Shown here piece after piece: positions 38,228-48,058 of a stretch of 54,735 nt of DNA (position 1 is its first letter; each line of letters begins with the position of its first letter). Below the pieces are notes generated by a model, which was not told where the DNA came from, made no database searches, and saw only the letters and a list, made by a program, of their open reading frames with translations. A program made the translations under genes and the position numbers. The DNA is taken from positions 1-54,735 of IMG/VR virus record IMGVR_UViG_3300031687_000016, one strand, 5' to 3'. This DNA is from a virus. Lineage: Duplodnaviria; Caudoviricetes.

Positions 38228-38789
38228 TTAAAATAGTTGTTATATTATTAGTAAACATTCTATATAATAATTCTCCTTCTACTTTAAATTCGTAATCACT
38301 AAAAGGCTCGTAAACAATTACATCATTTTCTTTAAAACCTAAAGATAATAATTGTTTGTTAATGTATTTTATAGTTCCCTGCAAAGGTTCATATTTTCCT
38401 GTCTTTTTTAGAAACGAATCTTTAACTTCTAATGGTTTAATAAAACAATATTTACCTGGAGCAGTCCATTTATTATTGTGCTTGTATAAAAAATACTGAT
38501 CATCATCAATAAAAAATAAATTTTCTTTAAAATAACTTTTACCACTTTTTCTTCTTCCTTGCATATCATTGTAAAACTTAAAAACATTATGATGAACTAA
38601 AAGTGTGTCTCCTATTTCTATCTCTCCTTTATAATGTAATGGTAATGATATTACTTTTGCGTATCTATTTGCTATAGTATGATCTTCTTCTGACACACTT
38701 GTAATTAAATCTACACGATCTAATTTTTGTATGTTATCGTATCTCCTTTCGTTTAAAGGTTCTACAATAAATGAGTATAATGCTCTCAT
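38220..38789 (-). CDS. GroES/Cpn10-like co-chaperonin with two tandem GroES-like halves
   Basis: FIVEP...AKVISLP...IEIGDTLLV repeated as CFIKP...GTIKY...GFKENDVIVY...EFKVEGELLYRM. Confidence 0.6.
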   Translation of the reverse strand: MRALYSFIVEPLNERRYDNIQKLDRVDLITSVSEEDHTIANRYAKVISLPLHYKGEIEIGDTLLVHHNVFKFYNDMQGRRKSGKSYFKENLFFIDDDQYFLYKHNNKWTAPGKYCFIKPLEVKDSFLKKTGKYEPLQGTIKYINKQLLSLGFKENDVIVYEPFSDYEFKVEGELLYRMFTNNITTILNG

Positions 38790-39013
38790 TAAAAGTTTAT
38801 ATTATACTCTACTGTAATTGGTAATGTATAAAGAAACTCTTTCCAAATAAAAACTTCCTGGTCTTTAATTACCCAAAGCTTATATGTAGAATCTTGTTCT
38901 TTTGCTTGTATTAAATGTATTTTATATTTGCCGCCTAGAACATCTTGACCCACAATATAATGCATTGCCCCAGACTTATAATCTGCGCCAATAGAAATCT
39001 TTCTTATATCCAT
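38789..39013 (-). CDS. Hypothetical phage protein
   Basis: IRKISIGADYKSGAMHYIVGQ.V.GG; coupled to the GroES-like gene. Confidence 0.7.
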   Translation of the reverse strand: MDIRKISIGADYKSGAMHYIVGQDVLGGKYKIHLIQAKEQDSTYKLWVIKDQEVFIWKEFLYTLPITVEYNINF

Positions 39014-39019
39014 TTTATT

Positions 39020-39154
39020 TTATTTTACTTCCTCTACTAAACCTTTGCTAATAATTTCTGTTATTTCTTTTACTGTATCTATTGTGCTAATAGGTAAAGA
39101 ATTTAACAAACGTTGTATTGTTTTAATAGATTCATCGTTTAATTCTACTTTCAT
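39020..39154 (-). CDS. Small helical protein (44 aa), possible fibre chaperone
   Basis: Hand-translated MKVELNDESIKTIQRLLNSLP...GLVEEVK; fills the gap after the long fibre gene. Confidence 0.6.
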   Translation of the reverse strand: MKVELNDESIKTIQRLLNSLPISTIDTVKEITEIISKGLVEEVK

Positions 39155-39165
39155 TTAATTTAATT

Positions 39166-42100
39166 TTATGCAGCATACATTGGAATTTTATAATCTGTTC
39201 CGTTTATTTTTACTGTCCATGTTGTTGTTGTTGTTGCTGGAGGTGCAACAATTACAGTACCTACAGGGTATGTTGATGACCCCACAACAAATTGATTGGC
39301 ATCTGTTGATGTTGCAGACCTACCTATTGCTACTGAATTATTAAATTGTGCTTCGGCTTGAAACCCTATAGCTATTGACCCAGCTTGTGCTGCTCCACCC
39401 GCTTTAGCAAGTCTTCCCACAGCTATCGTCTCCGCTCCTTCGGCCATAGCACTAGAACCTAGAGCTATAGTGTTACCTTGTATAACACCATTTAATAATC
39501 CTGCCGCTCTATGACCTATAGCTATATTTCCTGATCCCGACCTCGTTATACTGCCGTAAGTTGTTGTTTGTCCTTCCGCTTCAACTCCTATTGCTATACC
39601 GTAAATTGATGTGTTGTATGTATCTATGTTTGTATTCGCATTACCAAATGAAGAATTATAACCTATAGCTATTTGTCCTTTTCTAGCAGAACCACCTGAT
39701 TGCCCCATAGCACCATACCCTATCGCAACATGCCAACCGCTATCAGCCGTAGATTCTTTTCCAATAATACCTCTTCCAGCTTCCAAGCCAATATATACAC
39801 CTCCGCCAGAAGAAGATGCGTTTGTTGTAGGTTGTACTGATGATGCAAATTGACCTATAGCTATTTCTCCTACATTATATCTTCTTACTAATCCTGGATT
39901 AATACCTGCCATAGCAAGTGATCCTATCGCAATCCTACCACCAATAAATGTTACTGTTGGATCGTTTGTGTTATTAACAGCGCTTTGACCAGCTCCAAAT
40001 CCTATAAATACGTCTTGATTTGAATTAGCATTTTGTCCTGCGCTTTGCCCTACTATTACATTTCGTGACATCACCTTTCCTAAACCAGTGGTTTGGCCTA
40101 CAGCGTTTTTACCTATTAATACATTTCCTGTTCCTGTAGTTATTAACATACCAGTTCCCGATCCTAATCCTATATTTGCAGATCCTGTTGTTATATCTCT
40201 AAGCGCACCACCATTACCTATAGAAATAGTATCGATCACATTAGAATAATCATTACCCATCTTAGAACCTATTTGTATATTAGGTAGCTGAGTATCTGAT
40301 ATATAGCCTATATCTCCTGCCACTGCTATATTAATTCTGTTTCTAATTCCAACAATAGGGTTACCTATAGTTATAAAAGGAGTGGTTTGATTACCAGTTC
40401 CTGAAGGAACTTGTTCTTTTAAACCAACACTACTATAAAGATCTGTAGCTCCTTCAAAAGTTGAAAAAGTTCTTGTTACATAGTCTGGGCCTTGAGCTGT
40501 GCTTTTTGCAATTCCAGAAATACCATTCCATGAAGATGCAGAAATTGTAGTTGCTGATTGAACAGATACCACTTCGCATTGAGCAAGCGTTGTTCCATAC
40601 TTAACCGTAAACGTATCATTGGCTGTCCAGTTTTTTCCATTAGCAAGTAATTGAAGAGTTAATATACCTCCTATACCATCTACCGCTATAACCTTAACAA
40701 CTACACCTGTTGCGTTTGGATTAACAGAAGCTAACTTATTAGTTGGGTAAATTTGTCCAACAATATAACCAGCCCCTATACTTCCACTAACCATTCCTAT
40801 TGTCCCAACTCCATTCTGTCCTACTACCGTGTCTCCTGTACCTGACACAGTTAATGCTCCCGATAAACCATTTAATAAAGAAACACCTGAAGCCGCACCT
40901 GTAACCCAAGCAAAACCTCCTAGTCCGTCTGATTCCAATAGTTGATTTACGGTTCCTGTACCTGGCGCTCCAGCAAGTTGAGTAGTAGAAACACCTAAAG
41001 TTAAATTTGCTGCATCACCTGTTGTTATAGAAAATTGTGATCCACTTAAAGTTAAAGTAGTAGAATCAGCTGAATACACATCATTTGTATCTGTTGGTAT
41101 TACCCATGTACCATCTCCTCTTAAGAAATGTAAATTTTGTGCATTAGTAGCAGAAGGAACATAGCCCACTACACCTGCTGAAACTGTAGCAACTGCTCCA
41201 ACGTATGTAGGAGGTGTTACCCAGTTACCAGTTCCTTGTAAAAACTGTATTTCATTTGCAATTAAAGGAGCTGGAACTGTCCCTTTTAAACCATTAGCAA
41301 GACTTGTGGCTCCTGAAAAATCATTAATATCTAAAGCTGGTATAGCAGGATCTGTAACAAGATCTACAGTTATTGGTAGTGCTGCTGTAATAGCGGTTAG
41401 TGTTCCCGCACCCGCAGGCGTAGCCCATGTACCATCTCCTTTTAAAAATTTATTATAGTCTAGTGAAGCTCCTAAAGGCTGAGGAACTAATCCACTTGTT
41501 CCGTCTGCTGGAGCATTAGTAGCTCCAGTAAAAACATTGTAAGTAGTGTCTGGCGGAACTGCCCATGTGTTGTCCCCCCTTAAGAAAGTAGTTGGAGATG
41601 GAGATCCTGTAGCAGAAAGATCTCCTGTTAACGTCACTGTTCCTGTCTGACTAGTTACAGGTGTAAAATTAATAAAAGCTCCGCTAGTAGCTGTAAAAGT
41701 TGCAACTCCTGCTGCTGCTGCTGCATTTATAGTTACCGTGTTTCCCACTACATTTGTAGTAACATTAGTACCTCCTGTAAATGTAAATTCTCCATTCGTT
41801 GTTATTCCTGTTCCATTACCATTATCAGCAACTATACCTACCGATGTAACCGTTCCAGTTCCTGCTGGAACAGAAGAGTTTATAGTAACAGCACCCGTTC
41901 CTCCACTAATAGTAACATTAGTACCTGCAACAATACTTGTTACACCTGTATTATCTATAGTTAAAACCTTTGTTATTCCGTTTAATGTTGATGTTATGCC
42001 TGTGCCTCCTGCGATTGTTGCTGTTACTCCGTTTGTAATAGCAGCCTGAACAGAATCTCCTGCTAACACCCATGAGGACATATTACCTCCTCCTGTTTGA

Positions 42101-43944
42101 GCAACCCATTCCATATATCCACCTGAAGCACTATTAAACGCTAAAACTTGTCCAGCTGTAGCGACTGATGGTGTAGCAGATGTTCCTAAAACAAATGCAT
42201 TGTTTGTTGTCCCGTTACCGTTTTGTATTGTTAAAGCTTTATTCAATAAAGTAGACCCTACCGCTGCAACTACTTGTATTGTAGGCGTTTCTGTGCTTAA
42301 TGTTATGCCTAATCCACTTGCCGCTGACGTTGTTCTTAAATATGTTGATGATGCAGCTTGTTCGGTAAATGTAAATGAACCGCTATTTGTAATAGGCGTT
42401 CCTATCGTTCCAGTTGAATCAGTTAAAGATATACTTTGAACCGTTCCAGTTCCTGACCCACTAAAAGCTAACTCTATGTTGTTACCCCCTGCGTTATTAA
42501 ATACCGCTCCTCCTGAACCTTGTAAGGTAAAAGAACTAGAGTTAGTTCCGTCTGAATTAGTAATAGTCATTAAACTTCCTACATTTGAAACTGTTAAGTC
42601 CCAATCATTTCCTTTAGGTACAGAAAACGCTCCTGACGCATCGTAATAATTAGTATTAAGCCCTCCTGAAGATCCGTTAACAATTAATGCTGATTTAAGA
42701 TCTGGCTGCGAAGGAATTGTAAGGTCAACTGTTGAGTCAATGTAAGCTGTGTCAGTCATAGTTACCGCAGTCAATACCCCCGTACCTACTGATGACCATG
42801 TAGGAAAACCTAATGCTCCACCAGAAATCAATACTTGACCCGCTAAACCTCTGTCTGCGTTTAATGTTATAAATGATGTTGCTCCTAAATTTAATTCACC
42901 TGTAGCTCCAAGTAAATTAACTGCTCCTGTTAAATTTATAGTTTGTGTAGCTGCGTTTCCAACATCTAATACTTGTTGCAAATTCTGATTAGAACCCGCA
43001 ACTGTTTGCCATGTTGGAGTAATAAAAGGCCCATTAGAAACTAAAGCTTGACCTGCCGTTCCTGAGTTACCAAACAATATAATAGGTGTGTTTGGCCCGT
43101 TCAAATTAAATGATCCTGAAGCTATGCTTATTTTTCCTGTAGTAGAATTTGTTGTTCCTGTTCCATTACCATTTAAAGTAATATTTCCTTGCCCTGTAAT
43201 TGTGTTTGTAGAGGATAGACTTACTCCTCCTGTGCCTGTAAATAATATACTACTATTTAAAAGAGTATTTCCAGATGTTACTACTTGTTGTAATGTTGGA
43301 ACATTGAGAGTTCCATTACTCGTCCACCTCATTCCTGTAGGCGTTAAACTTAAGAATTGTCCTGTTGTGCCTGGTGCGCCTGCTATTATTATTTGAGATG
43401 TTGCGCTAACATCAAGATTAGATCCTGGACTCCATTTAGAAGAACTAAAGAAATAAGAATTACCCTGAAAGTTAGATTGAGATGTTCCTAATACATTTAA
43501 ACCACCTCCTGTTTGTATTGTAAATACACCTGTTAGATTTGGATTTGCTGTTGCTACTGGACTAACATTTAATGTGTCATCCCAAGATTGATTAAGTCCT
43601 GGTGAGTTAATCCATGCTAAGCCTGTTCCTGTAGAACTTAATACTTGACCTGCGACACCATGAGACCCTAGTCCTCCAGCTGATATAGTAGTAGGAAATA
43701 TATCTATTACCGTTATACTAGATCCTAACGCAGAGGCGTTACCATTTAGTTCAATATTAAGTAATGAGGTATTCCCCACACCTAATACTGAATCTAAATC
43801 TTGATTTATTGCTACGCCACCCCCTAATGCGCCGACTAGAAAAGTTACCGTTTTATTTCCATCATTAACGTCTGTACCAATTATTAAATCACTAACTGAA
43901 GGCGTTACTGTTGGGTAAGCGGTAATGTTTTTTATTTTAGCCAT
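39166..43944 (-). CDS. Long tail fibre/adhesin (1592 aa) with YadA-head-like C-terminal repeats
   Basis: Gly/Thr/Ser-rich; LQQVL..GN, GQVL.S.G, FLRGDGTW and GTVTSV repeats; many (I/V)AIG..A repeats then a QFVVGS neck-like motif. Confidence 0.8.
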   Translation of the reverse strand: MAKIKNITAYPTVTPSVSDLIIGTDVNDGNKTVTFLVGALGGGVAINQDLDSVLGVGNTSLLNIELNGNASALGSSITVIDIFPTTISAGGLGSHGVAGQVLSSTGTGLAWINSPGLNQSWDDTLNVSPVATANPNLTGVFTIQTGGGLNVLGTSQSNFQGNSYFFSSSKWSPGSNLDVSATSQIIIAGAPGTTGQFLSLTPTGMRWTSNGTLNVPTLQQVVTSGNTLLNSSILFTGTGGVSLSSTNTITGQGNITLNGNGTGTTNSTTGKISIASGSFNLNGPNTPIILFGNSGTAGQALVSNGPFITPTWQTVAGSNQNLQQVLDVGNAATQTINLTGAVNLLGATGELNLGATSFITLNADRGLAGQVLISGGALGFPTWSSVGTGVLTAVTMTDTAYIDSTVDLTIPSQPDLKSALIVNGSSGGLNTNYYDASGAFSVPKGNDWDLTVSNVGSLMTITNSDGTNSSSFTLQGSGGAVFNNAGGNNIELAFSGSGTGTVQSISLTDSTGTIGTPITNSGSFTFTEQAASSTYLRTTSAASGLGITLSTETPTIQVVAAVGSTLLNKALTIQNGNGTTNNAFVLGTSATPSVATAGQVLAFNSASGGYMEWVAQTGGGNMSSWVLAGDSVQAAITNGVTATIAGGTGITSTLNGITKVLTIDNTGVTSIVAGTNVTISGGTGAVTINSSVPAGTGTVTSVGIVADNGNGTGITTNGEFTFTGGTNVTTNVVGNTVTINAAAAAGVATFTATSGAFINFTPVTSQTGTVTLTGDLSATGSPSPTTFLRGDNTWAVPPDTTYNVFTGATNAPADGTSGLVPQPLGASLDYNKFLKGDGTWATPAGAGTLTAITAALPITVDLVTDPAIPALDINDFSGATSLANGLKGTVPAPLIANEIQFLQGTGNWVTPPTYVGAVATVSAGVVGYVPSATNAQNLHFLRGDGTWVIPTDTNDVYSADSTTLTLSGSQFSITTGDAANLTLGVSTTQLAGAPGTGTVNQLLESDGLGGFAWVTGAASGVSLLNGLSGALTVSGTGDTVVGQNGVGTIGMVSGSIGAGYIVGQIYPTNKLASVNPNATGVVVKVIAVDGIGGILTLQLLANGKNWTANDTFTVKYGTTLAQCEVVSVQSATTISASSWNGISGIAKSTAQGPDYVTRTFSTFEGATDLYSSVGLKEQVPSGTGNQTTPFITIGNPIVGIRNRINIAVAGDIGYISDTQLPNIQIGSKMGNDYSNVIDTISIGNGGALRDITTGSANIGLGSGTGMLITTGTGNVLIGKNAVGQTTGLGKVMSRNVIVGQSAGQNANSNQDVFIGFGAGQSAVNNTNDPTVTFIGGRIAIGSLAMAGINPGLVRRYNVGEIAIGQFASSVQPTTNASSSGGGVYIGLEAGRGIIGKESTADSGWHVAIGYGAMGQSGGSARKGQIAIGYNSSFGNANTNIDTYNTSIYGIAIGVEAEGQTTTYGSITRSGSGNIAIGHRAAGLLNGVIQGNTIALGSSAMAEGAETIAVGRLAKAGGAAQAGSIAIGFQAEAQFNNSVAIGRSATSTDANQFVVGSSTYPVGTVIVAPPATTTTTWTVKINGTDYKIPMYAA

Positions 43945-43956
43945 GGGGGATCATTT

Positions 43957-44229
43957 TTATTTTACTTGTTCTAACTTAGTTTCTTCTACTTTTTCTTTTT
44001 CAGTAACTTCACCGTTCTCTAAATTAATAACAGCATCTTTTCCGTAGACCTCCATAAGTTTAACTTCTTCAACAGCAAATTTTTGTTTTACAGCTTCTAC
44101 AGTTTCCATAAGTTTATGTTGTTGCAGAACACTGTCTCCTAACTGCATTTTTACAGTGTTAAATTCTTGTTGTAAGCCTTGTAATAATGTTAATTCTTTT
44201 TTTGAAAGATTTTTTACTTTTTTATCCAT
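43957..44229 (-). CDS. Small coiled-coil protein, possible fibre assembly chaperone
   Basis: ELTLLQGLQQEFN...YGKDAVINLENGEV; between fibre genes, with its own promoter box. Confidence 0.55.
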   Translation of the reverse strand: MDKKVKNLSKKELTLLQGLQQEFNTVKMQLGDSVLQQHKLMETVEAVKQKFAVEEVKLMEVYGKDAVINLENGEVTEKEKVEETKLEQVK

Positions 44230-44259
44230 TTGATTAAATTTTTTAGGTTATTAATTTAA

Positions 44260-44267
44260 CAAAGATA
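44260..44267 (-). promoter_or_regulatory. Bacteroidota-type -7 promoter box (TATCTTTG)
   Basis: caaagata on +, intergenic, 30 nt before ATG 44229. Confidence 0.65.
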
Positions 44268-44289
44268 CATAAAATTTTTAAAATAATTA

Positions 44290-45168
44290 TTATGGAACAT
44301 TGGTACTCCAAGTAGGTGTATTTACTCCTGAACCCGTGAACTGACCGTTATCACTATCAGTATAAGAAGTTCCAGTTCCCTCGTTAAATCTCCACCATGC
44401 AATTAAATTAGAAGAATTAGTATAGTTACCAGAGTTTGCACTTAAGTCTATTGGGGTTCCACCATTATATACGGCAAGTAAACTATTTGTTGACAATGCT
44501 GCGCTCCAAACAGCTGCATTGTTTATTTGTCCATTATAAAAGTTTTGAGCAGAAGCTCTTGTTTGAGCGCCTATTTGTGATGTACCTGCGTAGGCTAAAT
44601 TAGTACTTTGATTACCTGAGGCCACAAGACTACTTTGACTAACACCGTTAACATATATTTTCCAATTTGCACGATTCATAGGCGACCCCATTGATCCCGC
44701 TGGCACTACAACCGCTATATGCTTCCATACATTATTTGGTATTGTAGTAGATGTTCTTATAGAGTTTCTGTTGTTTCCTCCTGCTCCTGGTGATGAACCA
44801 TTTAATCCCATAACATGAAACACTACATATCTACTAGTGTTTACATTCATTCTATAACCATAATAATTATTAGATCCACTTTGGCCAAAACTAAAAACAT
44901 AATCTGTTGGCGCTCCCGAAGGAAAATAAACCCATGCACTTATAGTAAAGCCAGTGGTATTCATAGATGATTGCGTTGGCTGTAAAACTGAATTAGTTAA
45001 AGTGCCTAATTGAACATATTGATTTGTTCCATTTAAACTTAAAGAATAGTCTGTAGAAAAACCTGAAGGAACATCTATTGTATTTATTTGTTCAATACCA
45101 GATACTGGAATTGTAGTTATTTCATTAATTCCAGAATACGGTATCGTGTTTATTTTTGATACCGCCAT
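44290..45168 (-). CDS. LamG/concanavalin A-like lectin domain protein, candidate receptor-binding protein
   Basis: YSLSLNGTNQYV, FTISAWV, WKHIAVV, KIYVNG, YNGQINNAAVWSAALS, LIAWWRFNEGTG. Confidence 0.88.
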   Translation of the reverse strand: MAVSKINTIPYSGINEITTIPVSGIEQINTIDVPSGFSTDYSLSLNGTNQYVQLGTLTNSVLQPTQSSMNTTGFTISAWVYFPSGAPTDYVFSFGQSGSNNYYGYRMNVNTSRYVVFHVMGLNGSSPGAGGNNRNSIRTSTTIPNNVWKHIAVVVPAGSMGSPMNRANWKIYVNGVSQSSLVASGNQSTNLAYAGTSQIGAQTRASAQNFYNGQINNAAVWSAALSTNSLLAVYNGGTPIDLSANSGNYTNSSNLIAWWRFNEGTGTSYTDSDNGQFTGSGVNTPTWSTNVP

Positions 45169-45169
45169 A

Positions 45170-47980
45170 TTAAGTTAGTTCAATAAAAGTGTTGTCTGGG
45201 TGAAAAAATATTTCTCCCGTAGAAGAGCTAAGTGCTGTTGCTAATATTCTTACAACATCTTGTGAGCCAGATGGTGGCTCATAATACATTTGTCCTTGTG
45301 TTGGAGATAAATATAATATATCCCCATCTCCTTGAGCTGGATTATAAGATAAAGTATACATTCCTCTTGTAAGCATTCCCGCAGATGCTGATGTTCCAAG
45401 AGCTATAGCTATTAATCCTTGAGATGTAGATACGGCATCAGCATCAGAAGCTATCCAATCCCCGCCTGAATAAACATATAGCTTGCCTTGTGCCATTCCT
45501 GCTCCACTTCCAAAATAAACTATTTCACCTTGAGCAGTAAAATCTGATGATCCTGTTTTGTCTAATTGAGTATTAGAGTTCCAAGTTCCTTTCGTTACCC
45601 CACCGTCAACTGCTGTTGATACATTAGTCGCTTTTATATTAGCCTGAACAAAATTTACTGTTGGGTTTACTGTTGATGTTCCTGATATAAAAAGAGGGCT
45701 ACCAACCGCTCCACCAGTAGTAGGATTTGCTGCTGAAACCGACGTTACTGATCCTGAACCAGCTGTAACCGTAGTCCATTCTAATCCTCCAGAAACACTT
45801 TTTAAAAATTTACCTACACCTGAATCGCCATCTATTTGTAATGTTGCGGTAGCTGATAATAACACATCAGTTCCAGCCTCCATGTTTAGTTCACCATTTA
45901 AAACAGTATCAGCATTTACTGTAAAGTCATCGCTTAATGTAAGGCTACCTGCTTTAGTTTGAACACCTGTTGTTCTTATAACTGTAGAATCTAATTGTAT
46001 AGTACCTGTTGTTGATATTGTACCACCTGTAATACCATTTGTAGTAGCAATAGATGTTACGCCAGTGTTGTCAAAATTAATTGTACTTGCGCTAGACTGA
46101 TTAAGAGTAAAAGATCCACCCCCTGATAATCCAGTTCCAGCAGTTAGTGTTATTGTTGGATTTTGTGCCGAAGAAGGTATGTTTGGAAAAGTAATAAGAT
46201 TTCCAGCTCCATTTATATATTGAGCTGCGGTTCCCTGCATATCTACAGTTAAAGTTCCTGAAGAAGCAATCGGAGTTCCTCCTACAGCAAAAGCATTTCC
46301 TGTATGAGATATTCCAACTGAAGTTACTGTTCCTTGTGGAATAGTAAAACTTGTAGTTAAAGTACCCCCGTCTTGTTGTGTTAATGTTAATGTTTTTGTA
46401 ACAGAACCTGAATTACCAAAACCTGTAACCATGTTATCATACGCAGAATTTGCATCTGTTGAATTACCACCACTCCAATTCATTACACCAGTAATAGTTA
46501 AAGCATTTGTACCGCCATTAAATGTAAATCCTGCATCACTTGTTATGCTGCTACCGCCGTTCCAATAAGTAACCCTACCACTTGTACCAGAACCTGTAAC
46601 CGTTCCTGTGTTTGTTGTATAGCCTGCTCCGTTTACTAATTGATTATTATTAAGCAAATCATTAGTTATGGTAACAGTGTTAGAAGATAGTGTAGTGGTT
46701 ATATTAGAACCACCAGCAATATCTACTGTTTCTCCATTTGAAATTGTATTAGTTCCCCCACTATCTGCATCTAAAATCCAGCTTGACATTGTACCGCCAG
46801 AGTTGTCAAACGGTAAATCGCTTACATTTCCGAAATTTATATCATTAGTAGTGACATCACTATATATTATCTTATCTGTTGCTTGTATAGCTGTTCCCGC
46901 AGCATTTACACTTCCTAATATAAAATTGTCTGCACCTGCATAGTCCATTGTAACCGTTATGGTTTCATTAGCAGACTGATCAGTTGTAAAGTTACCACTA
47001 GCACCATTATTTACACGAATACCATCAGCACCAGCAATAGTAATAGTTCCATTGTTTGCTGCCGCAGGTATAGTTGGAAAGGTTTCTAAATTACCATCTC
47101 CTGTTATATACTGAGTACCAGAACCTACTACATCTATAGCGATAGTTCCAGAAACTGTTACTGGAGAACTACCTACACTAAAAGCATTTCCTGTATGAGA
47201 CAATCCTACACTTGTAACCGATCCTATTCCTGCACCTATATCACTTCTTACTTCAGCAGCTGTTCTTGACTTAACTGTTCCGCTGGAAGCAGTTAAAAAT
47301 ATTGATGCAGCTGAACCTAATGTTCCTATTGTATCTATAGTTAAATTTCCCGCTATGTCTAAATCACCGCTTGATATATCAAGTTTAAAATTATCAACAT
47401 CAGAACCTGTTTCTCCTATAGAAAACTTATTGTCTTTAGAAATTAAATAAGTATCTGTATCGTCATCTTTAATTCTTATATTAGCATTGTCATCTGTACT
47501 TTCAAATATTGCAACATTGTTTGTTGTTCCTGTATTAACATCAAGATTACCGTTAATTTTAGCTTGGCCATTTACATCTAAAGTAGTAGATTCTAACTCA
47601 CCATTTATAAGAACACCGTCTGATTTAGTTGTAAGTTTTACAGAGTCATTTGCATATAATTCTATTTTACTATTACCGACTCCTGTGTATTCCCATATTA
47701 ATCCCTTATCACCCGTCCCAGGCACTATAACACCTGAACCGTTTACAGTTGTAACAAGAGCTTGTATTCTAAATTCCTCAACTTCAAGAAATAAAGGAAA
47801 AGGATTAACTGATCCATTTGGTCGTAAAGTTGAAATGCAGTTAAACTTAGAAACAAATGCTGATCCATTATTAAATGCTTGATGGAAAAATTTAAAATCG
47901 CCTACATTAGTAGACGAAGCGTTTCCTCCAAAACTAACATACACATTATCGTACGCATATTGATTACTAGTCCATGCCAT
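45170..47980 (-). CDS. Tail fibre protein (936 aa)
   Basis: Duplicated VTSVG.SHTGNAF.VG...QYI.G.GNL.TFP.IP module, MSSWILDADSG module, C-terminal domain ending IFFHPDNTFIELT. Confidence 0.75.
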   Translation of the reverse strand: MAWTSNQYAYDNVYVSFGGNASSTNVGDFKFFHQAFNNGSAFVSKFNCISTLRPNGSVNPFPLFLEVEEFRIQALVTTVNGSGVIVPGTGDKGLIWEYTGVGNSKIELYANDSVKLTTKSDGVLINGELESTTLDVNGQAKINGNLDVNTGTTNNVAIFESTDDNANIRIKDDDTDTYLISKDNKFSIGETGSDVDNFKLDISSGDLDIAGNLTIDTIGTLGSAASIFLTASSGTVKSRTAAEVRSDIGAGIGSVTSVGLSHTGNAFSVGSSPVTVSGTIAIDVVGSGTQYITGDGNLETFPTIPAAANNGTITIAGADGIRVNNGASGNFTTDQSANETITVTMDYAGADNFILGSVNAAGTAIQATDKIIYSDVTTNDINFGNVSDLPFDNSGGTMSSWILDADSGGTNTISNGETVDIAGGSNITTTLSSNTVTITNDLLNNNQLVNGAGYTTNTGTVTGSGTSGRVTYWNGGSSITSDAGFTFNGGTNALTITGVMNWSGGNSTDANSAYDNMVTGFGNSGSVTKTLTLTQQDGGTLTTSFTIPQGTVTSVGISHTGNAFAVGGTPIASSGTLTVDMQGTAAQYINGAGNLITFPNIPSSAQNPTITLTAGTGLSGGGSFTLNQSSASTINFDNTGVTSIATTNGITGGTISTTGTIQLDSTVIRTTGVQTKAGSLTLSDDFTVNADTVLNGELNMEAGTDVLLSATATLQIDGDSGVGKFLKSVSGGLEWTTVTAGSGSVTSVSAANPTTGGAVGSPLFISGTSTVNPTVNFVQANIKATNVSTAVDGGVTKGTWNSNTQLDKTGSSDFTAQGEIVYFGSGAGMAQGKLYVYSGGDWIASDADAVSTSQGLIAIALGTSASAGMLTRGMYTLSYNPAQGDGDILYLSPTQGQMYYEPPSGSQDVVRILATALSSSTGEIFFHPDNTFIELT

Positions 47981-47996
47981 TTATGATTATTTTTCA

Positions 47997-48004
47997 CAAA
48001 TATA
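47997..48004 (-). promoter_or_regulatory. Bacteroidota-type -7 promoter box (TATATTTG)
   Basis: caaatata on +, 16 nt before ATG 47980; overlaps one arm of an inverted repeat. Confidence 0.65.
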
Positions 48005-48048
48005 CGAATTAAATTAAAAGCGTTTTGCTAATAATCTAATTCGTATAT
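48000..48048. repeat. Perfect 12-bp inverted repeat with 25-bp spacer
   Basis: atatacgaatta (48000-48011) and taattcgtatat (48037-48048); four more pairs inside after one mismatch. Confidence 0.85.
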
Positions 48049-48058
48049 GTAGTTTTTA

